DNA of 64,000 nt from Oscillospiraceae bacterium (lineage in GTDB: Bacteria > Bacillota > Clostridia > Oscillospirales > Oscillospiraceae): the NCBI GenBank assembly GCA_020860205.1, contig JAJBUU010000024.1, positions 18,646 through 82,645 on the forward strand, in the 5' to 3' direction. Below the pieces are notes generated by a model, which was not told where the DNA came from, made no database searches, and saw nothing but the letters and a program-made list of their open reading frames with translations. The translations under genes and the position numbers were made by a program. Below, piece by piece: positions 8,618 through 17,447 of this stretch. How positions within the stretch are numbered: position 1 is the stretch's first letter; each line of letters begins with the position of its first letter.

Positions 8618-11017
8618 ATGTACCAGGTTCTAAAGCGCGACGGGACCGTCGTGGAATTTGAAATCAATAAAATCAGCGCTGCCATCACAAAGGCGTTCGT
8701 GGCGCTGGAAAAGGAATATCACCCCAGCGTGATCGACATGATTGCGCTGCGCGTCACTGCGGACTTTGAGAGCAAGGTCAAAAACGGCCTGATCTCCGTG
8801 GAGGACATTCAGGACAGTGCGGAAAAGGTGCTGTCCGAAACGGGCTATGCCGATGTCAGCAAGGCCTATATCCTCTACCGCAAGCAGCGGGAAAAGGTGC
8901 GCAATGTCAACTCCGCGCTCCTGAACTACAAGGATTTGGTGGACAACTATCTGCAAATCAATGACTGGCGCGTCAAGGAAAACTCCACCGTGACCTATTC
9001 CGTCGGCGGACTGATCCTCAGCAACTCCGGCGCAATCACCGCGAACTATTGGCTGAGCGAAATCTACGACGCGGAGGTCGCGGAGGCGCACCGCAGCGCG
9101 GCCATTCATCTGCATGACCTGAGTATGCTGACCGGCTACTGCGCGGGATGGAGCCTGAAGCAGCTCATTCAGGAAGGACTGGGCGGCATCCCCGGAAAAA
9201 TCACTTCCTCGCCCGCCAGCCATCTTTCCACGCTCTGCAACCAGATGGTGAATTTTCTTGGCATTATGCAAAACGAGTGGGCGGGCGCGCAGGCGTTCTC
9301 CTCCTTTGACACCTATCTTGCCCCCTTTGTCCGGGTGGATGACCTCAGCCAGAAGGAGGTCAAGCAGTGCATCCAGTCCTTCATCTATGGCGTCAACACG
9401 CCGTCCCGCTGGGGAACACAGGCGCCGTTCAGCAACATCACGCTGGACTGGACCTGCCCGAAGGATCTGGCGGAGCAGCCCGCCATCGTTGGCGGCCGGG
9501 AGATGGACTTTACCTATGGCGACTGTAAGCGCGAAATGGATATGGTGAACCGTGCGTTCATCGAGATCATGATCGAGGGCGACGCGAACGGCCGCGGCTT
9601 CCAGTATCCCATCCCGACCTATTCCATCACGCGCGACTTTGACTGGAGCGAAACGGAGAACAACCGGCTGCTCTTTGAGATGACAGCCAAATATGGCACG
9701 CCCTATTTTTCCAACTATATCAACTCCGACATGGAGCCGAGCGACGTACGCAGTATGTGCTGCCGTCTGCGGCTGGATCTGCGCGAGCTGCGCAAAAAAA
9801 GCGGCGGCTTCTTTGGCTCCGGCGAATCCACCGGCTCCATCGGCGTTGTCACCATCAACCTGCCGCGCATTGCCTATCTTGCCACGGACGAGCAGGACTT
9901 CTATCAGCGGCTTGACCGCCTGATGGACATCGCGGCACGCAGCCTGAAAACCAAGCGCACGGTCGTCACCAAGCTGCTGAACGCGGGACTTTATCCCTAT
10001 ACCAAACGCTATCTCGGCACATTTGATAACCATTTTTCCACCATCGGTCTGGTCGGCATGAACGAGGCCGGACTGAACGCGAAGTGGCTCCGCGCCGGAC
10101 TAACCGATCTGCGCACACAGCAGTTTGCAAAGGACGTGCTGAACCATATGCGGGAGCGCCTGAGCGACTATCAGGAGCAGTACGGCGACCTCTACAATCT
10201 GGAGGCCACCCCCGCCGAGTCCACGGCCTATCGTTTTGCCAGGCACGACAAGGCGGAGTTTCCGGACATCATCACCGCAAACGAGAACGGTACCCCGTAC
10301 TACACCAATTCCTCCCATCTGCCCGTGGGCTATACGGAGGATGTGTTCTCCGCGCTGGACATTCAGGACGAGCTTCAGACGCTTTATACCTCCGGCACCG
10401 TGTTTCACGCCTTTTTGGGCGAAAAGCTGCCGGACTGGAAGGCGGCGGCCAATCTGGTGCGCAAGATCGCGGAAAACTACAAGCTCCCGTATTACACGAT
10501 GAGTCCGACCTATTCCATCTGCGCCGACCACGGTTATCTGAGCGGCGAGCAGCACACCTGCCCCCACTGTGGCCGCCCTGCGGAAATTTACAGCCGCATC
10601 ACCGGTTACTATCGGCCGGTGCAGAACTGGAACGACGGCAAGGCGCAGGAATTTAAGGATCGCGTCGTTTATGACATCGGACGCTCCCATCTGACCCACA
10701 CCGGACCGCTGAATATGCCAGCCCGGACGGACGGCGCGCAGACAGACGCAGCGGAGCCTGCGGCGGAGGCGGAGCCGATGCTGTTCGCCACGCGCACCTG
10801 CCCGAACTGCCGCCAGGCAGAGAAGCTGCTGGAGGAGAGCGGCGTCGCTTACCAAAAGATCCTGGTGGAGGAAAACCCGGATATGGCACGCCGCTACGAT
10901 GTGCGCCAGGCGCCGACCCTCGTCTTTGACAATGGAGACGGTACGCAGCCCGCAAAATCCGTCGGACTGACCGGTGTGCGGAGCTTCATCGCCGCCCACA
11001 GCGCCGCGCGTGTATAA
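8618..11017 (+). CDS. nrdD: Anaerobic (class III) ribonucleoside-triphosphate reductase fused to a C-terminal thioredoxin/glutaredoxin-fold domain
   Basis: 799 aa. ATP-cone N-terminus (VLKRDGTVVEFEINKI), SMCCRLRL loop, Zn-ribbon CPHCG, glycyl-radical motif RITGYYRPVQNWN. An Ala/Glu linker is followed by residues 721-799, MLFATRTCPNCRQAEKLL...APTLVF (CPxC redoxin fold). Confidence 0.9.
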   Translation: MYQVLKRDGTVVEFEINKISAAITKAFVALEKEYHPSVIDMIALRVTADFESKVKNGLISVEDIQDSAEKVLSETGYADVSKAYILYRKQREKVRNVNSALLNYKDLVDNYLQINDWRVKENSTVTYSVGGLILSNSGAITANYWLSEIYDAEVAEAHRSAAIHLHDLSMLTGYCAGWSLKQLIQEGLGGIPGKITSSPASHLSTLCNQMVNFLGIMQNEWAGAQAFSSFDTYLAPFVRVDDLSQKEVKQCIQSFIYGVNTPSRWGTQAPFSNITLDWTCPKDLAEQPAIVGGREMDFTYGDCKREMDMVNRAFIEIMIEGDANGRGFQYPIPTYSITRDFDWSETENNRLLFEMTAKYGTPYFSNYINSDMEPSDVRSMCCRLRLDLRELRKKSGGFFGSGESTGSIGVVTINLPRIAYLATDEQDFYQRLDRLMDIAARSLKTKRTVVTKLLNAGLYPYTKRYLGTFDNHFSTIGLVGMNEAGLNAKWLRAGLTDLRTQQFAKDVLNHMRERLSDYQEQYGDLYNLEATPAESTAYRFARHDKAEFPDIITANENGTPYYTNSSHLPVGYTEDVFSALDIQDELQTLYTSGTVFHAFLGEKLPDWKAAANLVRKIAENYKLPYYTMSPTYSICADHGYLSGEQHTCPHCGRPAEIYSRITGYYRPVQNWNDGKAQEFKDRVVYDIGRSHLTHTGPLNMPARTDGAQTDAAEPAAEAEPMLFATRTCPNCRQAEKLLEESGVAYQKILVEENPDMARRYDVRQAPTLVFDNGDGTQPAKSVGLTGVRSFIAAHSAARV

Positions 11018-11043
11018 CGCATAAACATAAGCATATGACAATA

Positions 11044-11078
11044 TTCCCCCGTTAAAAAGATACTTTTTAACGGGGGAA
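11044..11078 (+). terminator. 16-bp perfect hairpin after nrdD
   Basis: ttcccccgttaaaaag-ata-ctttttaacgggggaa. No strong downstream T-run, so termination efficiency is uncertain. Confidence 0.5.
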
Positions 11079-11405
11079 TATATCAGGGGATCCATGTGGA
11101 TTTTCTTAATGAAACCGGCGGCGTTGTTCTGGTATTGGAGGAACGGGTGTCCATGGAGGCATACCGCAGCGAGGTGCTTCGGTTTGCGGACCAAATCGAG
11201 GATTTTACCGCCGGAGTAAATCGAAAATACTTCCGGCGGATGTGAATGTGCGGAACGGTTATACTGCGTTTTGGAACGAATGACACAGGCGGCGGGGATC
11301 AGCGCAGGAACGCGGCGCAGGGATATTTTCCACCGGATTCCACATCCTATCTGCGAATGCAGCAGACCAAATGCAGGGGCATGGCCCGAAAGGAGTATTT
11401 TTCCA

Positions 11406-12317
11406 ATGACACATGATATTCTGGTGGTGGGCGGCGGCCCTGCGGGACTGACCGCCGCGCTTTATGCCGCCCGCGCGGGCAAGACCGTCGCCGTGCTGGA
11501 GCGCGCCGTTCCGGGCGGACAGATTGTTTATTCCCCGCTGGTGGAAAATTATCCCGCGCTTCCCGGCGTCAGCGGCGCGGACTTCGCCGCCGCGCTTGCC
11601 GGACAGACGGAGGCGCTGGGTGTGGAGATCATCACAGCGGAGGCTGTGTCCGCCGTGCGCACGGAAGGCGGTTTCCGGTTGGAAACCGACGAGGGCGCGA
11701 TGGACTGCCGCACGCTGATTTTGGCCACCGGTGTGCAGCACCGCGCGCTGGGACTGCCCGGTGAAGCGGAGCTGGTGGGCGCCGGCATATCCTATTGTGC
11801 GGTTTGCGACGGCGCGTTTTATGCCGGACGGGATGTCGCTGTGGTCGGCGGCGGCGATACCGCAGTGCAGGACGCGCTGTTCCTCGCCAACCTCTGCCGC
11901 CGCGTCACGCTGCTTGTGCGCCGTGACCGGCTGCGCGCTTCCGATGCCGCCAAAGCGGAGACGCTGCGGCAGCGGGACAACGTGGAGCTCCGCTTTTCCA
12001 CCACTGTGGAGGCGCTTTGCAGCGCGGATGGCGCGCTGACCGGCGTGACCGTTCGGGAACGCGGAGAAACGGCGGCGCTTGCCATAGACGGGCTGTTCCT
12101 TGCGGTGGGTCAGGAACCGTCCGGCAGCGCGTTCGCCGCGCTCGCCCCTGTGGACGCACAGGGTTATTTTGCCGCCGGGGAGAACTGTATCGCCGCGCCG
12201 GGCGTGTTTGTTGCGGGCGACTGCCGCGCAAAGACCGTCCGACAGCTTGCCACCGCTGTTGGTGACGGCGCCTGCGCCGCGCTTTCCGCCTGTGCCTGTC
12301 TGGAACGGAACGGCTGA
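11406..12317 (+). CDS. trxB: Thioredoxin-disulfide reductase
   Basis: Start moved to the ATG at 11406 (AGGAG 10 nt upstream). MTHDILVVGGGPAGLTAALYAAR (FAD GxGxxG), redox CAVCDG, second Rossmann VVGGGDTAV. Confidence 0.9.
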   Translation: MTHDILVVGGGPAGLTAALYAARAGKTVAVLERAVPGGQIVYSPLVENYPALPGVSGADFAAALAGQTEALGVEIITAEAVSAVRTEGGFRLETDEGAMDCRTLILATGVQHRALGLPGEAELVGAGISYCAVCDGAFYAGRDVAVVGGGDTAVQDALFLANLCRRVTLLVRRDRLRASDAAKAETLRQRDNVELRFSTTVEALCSADGALTGVTVRERGETAALAIDGLFLAVGQEPSGSAFAALAPVDAQGYFAAGENCIAAPGVFVAGDCRAKTVRQLATAVGDGACAALSACACLERNG

Positions 12318-12323
12318 CGCGGC

Positions 12324-14153
12324 ATGAATGGGTTGAGGTATGTATTTCCTGCGGCGACTGTCGCGTTCCTGCTGCTGATTTTCTCCGAATATGTCCCGCT
12401 GCTGCGCCATGAACCGCTCGGCCCGCCGCGTCCGCCTTCGCGCTGGCATTGGCGGGATAGTGTCTGCGTCCTGCTGCTGACCGTCGCCTATGCCGCTGTT
12501 GCCTTTCCCGGTCTGGGGGATAGGAGCGGCGTGGAGCGCTTCTGCAAATTTGACACGCGCGGGGAATATGCGGAGATCACGCTGCGCGCGCCGACAAACA
12601 TCGGCGCAGTGCGCTATTATTCCGGGCTTTACATGGGCAGCTATTCTCTCCAGTTTTCCACAGACGGCGAAACATATACCGAGTACGCCGTCATGACGCA
12701 GGGTCATGCGGACGTGTTCAAATGGAACGATGCGGAGCTGGCGGAAACGGGTTTGGACGTGGTTTCCATCCGCATCATCGCGGACGATACCCTTTGGCTG
12801 GGCGAGCTGGCCATTTATGACACGGACGGGACGCTGCTGCTGGCGGGAACGGATTTCTCCTGTCCCGCAGGCTGTGCCGCGCTTTTTGACGAGCAGGAAA
12901 AGATACCGGATGCCTATCATTACAGCAACAGCACCTATTTTGACGAAATTTATCACGCGCGCACGGCTTATGAACACATTGAGAACATCTATCCCTATGA
13001 AATCACGCATCCGCCGCTGGGCAAGCTGATTTTGAGCATCGGTATCCGGCTGTTTGGCATGGTGCCGTTTGGCTGGCGCTTTATGGGGACGCTGCTGGGC
13101 GTTCTGATGCTGCCTGCACTCTATGTTTTCCTGAAAAAGATGTTCGGCGGCACGGCGGCGCCGTTCTGCTGCACCGCGATTTTCGCCTTTGACTTCATGC
13201 ACTATGTTCAGACGCGCATCGCCACGATCGACACTTACGCAGTATTCTTCACCATCCTGATGTACCTGTTTTTCTGGCTCTATCTCCGGGCGGATCGCAC
13301 AAGATATCGGAGCTGGCTGCCGCCGCTGGCGCTCTCCGGGCTGTGCTTCGGTCTGGGCGCGGCGAGCAAATGGACGTGTCTTTACGCCGGAGGCGGTCTC
13401 GCGGTGCTTTGGCTCTGTGACCGCGTATCGCGCGGTGTGGCGCTCTGCCGCGCAGGGCAGACGCGCGCCTGCCTCCGGGAAACGGCGCGCAATATCCTCT
13501 GCTGTCTGCTCTTTTTCCTGCTCATCCCCGCTGCGGTTTACTATGTCAGCTATTGGTCTTATGGAACGGCGCGCGGACTGAGCGGCTTTGGGATGCTTTT
13601 TTCCAAAGACTATCTTCAAATCGTGCTGGACAACCAAAAGTATATGCTCAGCTACCACAGCGGCGTCACGGCCACGCACCCCTATTCTTCGGTCTGGTGG
13701 CAGTGGGTGCTGGACATCCGCCCGATCCTGTACTATCTGGAATATCTGGACGACGGGATGCACGTCTCCTTCGGTGCATGGGTCAACCCGATGCTCTGCT
13801 GGGGCGGGCTTCTGGCCATGCTCGCCATGTTTTATCTGACCGTCCGCCGCCGGGACAGGACCGCGCTGTTCATCGCGGTCGGCTATCTGGCGCAGCTTTT
13901 GCCGTGGGTGCTGGTGGAGCGCGTGATATTTGAATACCACTATTTTCCCAGCACGGTTTTTCTGCTTCTGGCGCTTGGCCATGTGTTCCGCACCCTTCAG
14001 CTCCGGCACCCTCAATGGCGGCGCATCGTGGGGTCATTTACCGCTGTTTCGCTGCTGCTGTTTGCCGTATTTTATCCCGCGCTGCGCGGACTTGCGATTC
14101 CGGGCTGGTATGGGAGCAATTTCCTGAAATGGTTCCCGACGTGGCCGTTCTGA
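12324..14153 (+). CDS. GT39/PMT-family glycosyltransferase (polyprenyl-phosphate-sugar dependent) with an extra N-terminal beta-sandwich (discoidin-like) domain
   Basis: 609 aa. Loop-1 motif YFDEIYHARTAYEH..HPPLGK and many TM helices. Residues ~60-170 (YAEITLRAPTNIGAVRYYSG...LWLGELAIYD) resemble an F5/8-type-C carbohydrate-binding module. Confidence 0.75.
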   Translation: MNGLRYVFPAATVAFLLLIFSEYVPLLRHEPLGPPRPPSRWHWRDSVCVLLLTVAYAAVAFPGLGDRSGVERFCKFDTRGEYAEITLRAPTNIGAVRYYSGLYMGSYSLQFSTDGETYTEYAVMTQGHADVFKWNDAELAETGLDVVSIRIIADDTLWLGELAIYDTDGTLLLAGTDFSCPAGCAALFDEQEKIPDAYHYSNSTYFDEIYHARTAYEHIENIYPYEITHPPLGKLILSIGIRLFGMVPFGWRFMGTLLGVLMLPALYVFLKKMFGGTAAPFCCTAIFAFDFMHYVQTRIATIDTYAVFFTILMYLFFWLYLRADRTRYRSWLPPLALSGLCFGLGAASKWTCLYAGGGLAVLWLCDRVSRGVALCRAGQTRACLRETARNILCCLLFFLLIPAAVYYVSYWSYGTARGLSGFGMLFSKDYLQIVLDNQKYMLSYHSGVTATHPYSSVWWQWVLDIRPILYYLEYLDDGMHVSFGAWVNPMLCWGGLLAMLAMFYLTVRRRDRTALFIAVGYLAQLLPWVLVERVIFEYHYFPSTVFLLLALGHVFRTLQLRHPQWRRIVGSFTAVSLLLFAVFYPALRGLAIPGWYGSNFLKWFPTWPF

Positions 14154-14154
14154 C

Positions 14155-14174
14155 GGCGGCGGGATACCGCTGCG
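14155..14174. repeat. 20-bp perfect direct repeat, copy 1
   Basis: GGCGGCGGGATACCGCTGCG; identical copy at 14243-14262. Confidence 0.85.
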
Positions 14175-14194
14175 ATGAAAACAAAAAAACTGGC

Positions 14195-14221
14195 ATAGAC
14201 CCGAATCCTGTCGAATAGACT
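14195..14221 (+). promoter_or_regulatory. Candidate mother-cell (sigma-E/K-type) promoter of sigK
   Basis: ATA (14195-14197), 16 nt spacer, AATAGACT (14214-14221), compared with the B. subtilis sigma-E consensus ATA-N16-18-cATAcanT. Match judged by eye only. Confidence 0.3.
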
Positions 14222-14242
14222 GTATCAACGCTTCCGCAGAAA

Positions 14243-14262
14243 GGCGGCGGGATACCGCTGCG
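14243..14262. repeat. 20-bp perfect direct repeat, copy 2
   Basis: Identical to 14155-14174. The two copies bracket the putative sigK promoter. Confidence 0.85.
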
Positions 14263-14295
14263 CAAAGCGCGGATGAAACAGGAGGTAGGGTCCTT

Positions 14296-14982
14296 ATGTT
14301 ATATTCTGCGCTTTTGCTGTTGCTCTCCGGCGTATTTCTGACTCTCCGATTGGGGACGGGCGGGTCCTTTCCCAAACCGCTCAGCCCGGAGGAGGAACGC
14401 GCGGCTGTGGAGGCATGGGTGGAGCGCGGGGATTTGGCGGCGCGGAATACCCTCGTGGAGCACAATCTGCGGCTTGTGGCGCATATTATCAAAAAATACT
14501 TCTCCCAGAAGGCCGATCAGGAGGACTTGATTTCCATTGGTACGATCGGCCTGATCAAAGGCGTTTCCACCTATCGACCGGATCGGAACGTCCGGCTGGC
14601 CACCTATGCCAGCCGCTGCATTGAAAATGAGATTCTGATGCACTTTCGGAGCCAGAAAAAGTCGGCTGGGGATGTCAGCCTGTCGGAGCGCATCGATACG
14701 GACGGCGACGGGAACGATCTGTCTCTGATGGATGTGCTTGCGGAGGAAGCCGATCTGGCGGAGGACGTCAGCATGGCGGAGTTGTGCGGGCAGGCGCGCC
14801 GCTGCGTGGATACGGTGCTGGAACCGAGAGAGGCGGAGATCATCTCTCTGCGCTATGGCCTTGACGGGAAGAAGCCGCTGACGCAGCGCGAGACCGCCGA
14901 AATCGCCGGGATCAGCCGCAGCTATGTTTCCCGCATTGAGAAAAAGGCGTTGGAAAAGCTGCGCCGCGCGATTGACGGATAA
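14296..14982 (+). CDS. sigK: Sporulation sigma factor SigK (pro-sigma-K, uninterrupted)
   Basis: 228 aa. Hydrophobic pro-sequence then FPKPLSPEEE..LVEHNLRLVAHIIKKY..DLISIGTIGLIKG..ATYASRCIENEILMHFR, closest to the SigK pattern rather than SigE. Confidence 0.8.
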   Translation: MLYSALLLLLSGVFLTLRLGTGGSFPKPLSPEEERAAVEAWVERGDLAARNTLVEHNLRLVAHIIKKYFSQKADQEDLISIGTIGLIKGVSTYRPDRNVRLATYASRCIENEILMHFRSQKKSAGDVSLSERIDTDGDGNDLSLMDVLAEEADLAEDVSMAELCGQARRCVDTVLEPREAEIISLRYGLDGKKPLTQRETAEIAGISRSYVSRIEKKALEKLRRAIDG

Positions 14983-15112
14983 GGGAATCCTTTGACATTC
15001 CGATGCAAAGGTGCTATGATGGGGTGCAGCAAAGCGCTTCCGCTCACGGCGGGCGGAAGGCACACCTTTTTTGTTGGGATGGATACGCGCATACCGCGGG
15101 GAGGCGGAGCGG

Positions 15113-15769
15113 ATGGATATAAAAATTCTGGTCGTGGAGGATGAAAAACCGATCAACGATTTGATCGAGATGAATCTGATAGAAGCGGGGTATCACTGCA
15201 CCTGCGTCTATGACGGCATCGCCGCCTGCGACGCGGTGGAAAAAGAGCGCTTTGACCTTGTGCTGCTGGATATTATGCTGCCGGGCGCGGACGGGTACGA
15301 GGTGCTGGACTATATCAAGCCGATGGAGATCCCGGTGATTTTCCTGACCGCAAAGGGTTCGACGAACGACAAGGTCAAAGGACTGAAGCTCGGTGCGGAC
15401 GACTATCTGACCAAACCGTTTGAAATCGTGGAGCTGCTGGCGCGGGTGGAGAGCGTCCTGCGGCGCGCCGGGAAAACGCAGACAGAAATCACGGTCGGGG
15501 ATGTGGTGATCGACACGCGCTCCCGCAGCGTACACCGCGCGGGGAAGGAAGTGCAGCTCACGATGAAGGAATTTGAGCTTCTGCTGCTGTTCGCCCGCAA
15601 CCGGAACGTCGCGCTGTTTCGGGAAACGCTTTATGAACACGTCTGGGGCAGCGATTATATGGGCGATTCGCGCACGGTGGATCTGCACGTCCAGCGGCTG
15701 CGGAAAAAGCTGCACTGGGAAGATAAAATCAAGGCGATTTACAAGGTGGGCTACCGTCTGGAGGACTAA
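15113..15769 (+). CDS. OmpR/PhoB-family response regulator
   Basis: Start at MDIKILVVEDE (RBS GGGAGG). Receiver domain plus winged-helix (YKVGYRLE). Confidence 0.9.
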   Translation: MDIKILVVEDEKPINDLIEMNLIEAGYHCTCVYDGIAACDAVEKERFDLVLLDIMLPGADGYEVLDYIKPMEIPVIFLTAKGSTNDKVKGLKLGADDYLTKPFEIVELLARVESVLRRAGKTQTEITVGDVVIDTRSRSVHRAGKEVQLTMKEFELLLLFARNRNVALFRETLYEHVWGSDYMGDSRTVDLHVQRLRKKLHWEDKIKAIYKVGYRLED

Positions 15770-15775
15770 ACGGGG

Positions 15776-16741
15776 ATGAATCTGCGATTTACAAGGCCGC
15801 TGAAGAGCTTTTTCGCGGCGGCGATCGTGCTGGAGCTTGCGCTGGGCATTGGAGAGTGTATCCTGCTCTCCAAAGTTCCGGAAACCGCTGCGTATTACGG
15901 AAGCTATGTTCTGTTTCTGGTCCTTTCCGTGCTGCTTGGCGGTTTTTTGGTCTATGTGGTCACATGGTTCATCACCTCGGCGGAGACAAAGGAAATGCGG
16001 CTGCAAAAGGTGCGGATCTCCGAGCTTGAGCGCGGTGTGGACAATCTGGAAAACGTTGCCTCCCGCCGGGAGGAATTTATCGCCTCCTTTGCCCATGAGC
16101 TGAAAACACCGCTGACCGCCATCATCGGCTATGCGGATATGCTGCGAAGCAAGGACATGACGCCAAAATCCCGATTTACGGCGGCGGGCTATATTTTTTC
16201 GGAGGGGAAACGTCTGGAAGCGCTTTTCCTGAAGCTGATGGACATCATTGTTGCCGGACGACAGGAGTTTGAGCTGAAACGCTTTGAAGTGGGCTATTTT
16301 ATTCGCAGCATCGCTGCGGTGACGGTGCCGAGCCTGAGCGAGGACGGCATCACGCTGGATATGCGCTGGGAGCCGGGCGTCATTGAAGTGGAACCGGATC
16401 TTTTTAAAACGCTGCTGATCAATCTCGTGGACAACGCGCGCAAGGCCAGCCGCAGGAACAGCGCCATAGAGCTGTTTGGCAAGGTGGAGGACGACGGCTA
16501 TGCCATCTATGTCCGCGACCACGGCAGGGGTATGCCGCAGGAGGAGCTGAGCCGCATTACGGAGCCTTTTTACATGATCGATAAGTCGCGCTCCCGCGCG
16601 CAGAATGGCGCGGGGCTTGGTCTTGCGTTGTGCCAGCGCATTGCGGAGCTGCACGCGACAAAGCTGGAATACGAGAGCGAGGAAGGGAAGGGGACGACAG
16701 TGCGCATACTTGTGAACGGAGGCGCTGCCGATGCAGAATAA
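15776..16741 (+). CDS. Sensor histidine kinase (two TM helices, HisKA + HATPase)
   Basis: H-box FAHELKTPLTAIIGYADML, N-box LINLVDNARKAS, G-boxes DHGRGM / GAGLGL. Confidence 0.9.
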   Translation: MNLRFTRPLKSFFAAAIVLELALGIGECILLSKVPETAAYYGSYVLFLVLSVLLGGFLVYVVTWFITSAETKEMRLQKVRISELERGVDNLENVASRREEFIASFAHELKTPLTAIIGYADMLRSKDMTPKSRFTAAGYIFSEGKRLEALFLKLMDIIVAGRQEFELKRFEVGYFIRSIAAVTVPSLSEDGITLDMRWEPGVIEVEPDLFKTLLINLVDNARKASRRNSAIELFGKVEDDGYAIYVRDHGRGMPQEELSRITEPFYMIDKSRSRAQNGAGLGLALCQRIAELHATKLEYESEEGKGTTVRILVNGGAADAE

Positions 16742-17447
16742 GCTGAAGCCCCTGACCGGACAGCGCGATCTGCTGACCGCTATCTGCGTGACCGGCGGCC
16801 TGCTGGTTCTGGCGATCGTTGTGCCGCTTTTTTTTCGCCAATCCGGGACTGCGACCACACAACTGACGGCGGACAACGCGGAGGCGCGCGCGGCGCTGTT
16901 TCATATCTATTGGTATTCCGGCGAAACGGGAAGCGAGACGCACCCGCTGCAAACGGAACGTCTGGACGCGCCCGATGAGAAAACCGCCGCGTTTTGCGAG
17001 GATGTGATGCGCGAGCTGGTGGCTCGCATCATTGACGACGCGGCGCTGGAATACGAAGCGCCGACAGGCAGCGAGTATCTGCGCGTGACCGACGCGCAGG
17101 ACGAGGTGCAGCTTTGCCGGATGTGGCTCCAGGCGCAGGGCGACTGGCAGAACTGGCTGGACGTCTGCTTTGACGCGGAAACCGGCGCGGTATATTATTT
17201 TTATCTGAGCCGGGAATGCCTGACCAACCAAAGCCGTTATGTATATCCGGATGACGCGCGCCCCACCGCAGAGTACATTGCGGAACGCATGGCGGAGGAG
17301 CGCGGCTGGCGGGAAATTACAACCATGTCCTCTGAGGAGGAGGGCGGTCTCGTCGCGGTTTTCAGCGGTGCGGACGGCGTGTTTTGTTATGAAATCTTCT
17401 GCGCCTGCTATGATGCGCTCATCGACATTCATTTTAGCCTGAAATAA
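16731..17447 (+). CDS. Hypothetical single-pass membrane protein, translationally coupled to the kinase
   Basis: Start overlaps the kinase stop by 11 nt. One TM helix (LLTAICVTGGLLVLAIVVPLFF) followed by a soluble domain I do not recognise. Confidence 0.55.
   Translation: MQNKLKPLTGQRDLLTAICVTGGLLVLAIVVPLFFRQSGTATTQLTADNAEARAALFHIYWYSGETGSETHPLQTERLDAPDEKTAAFCEDVMRELVARIIDDAALEYEAPTGSEYLRVTDAQDEVQLCRMWLQAQGDWQNWLDVCFDAETGAVYYFYLSRECLTNQSRYVYPDDARPTAEYIAERMAEERGWREITTMSSEEEGGLVAVFSGADGVFCYEIFCACYDALIDIHFSLK

Noticed and set aside
11259-14015. 918-aa ORF on the minus strand; similar long antisense ORFs at 25706-28222, 55613-58105, 59061-61016, 49741-51555, 2106-3848, 15044-16876, 5782-7074 and 18948-20420.
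   Set aside because: Each lies antisense to a gene with unmistakable conserved motifs. Their translations are Arg/Ala/Gly/Pro-rich low-complexity strings with no recognisable domains. Long stop-free antisense frames are expected at this GC content.
14296-14982. Possible skin-like interruption of sigK.
   Set aside because: The ORF is continuous from pro-sequence to region 4.2, and no recombinase gene is nearby.
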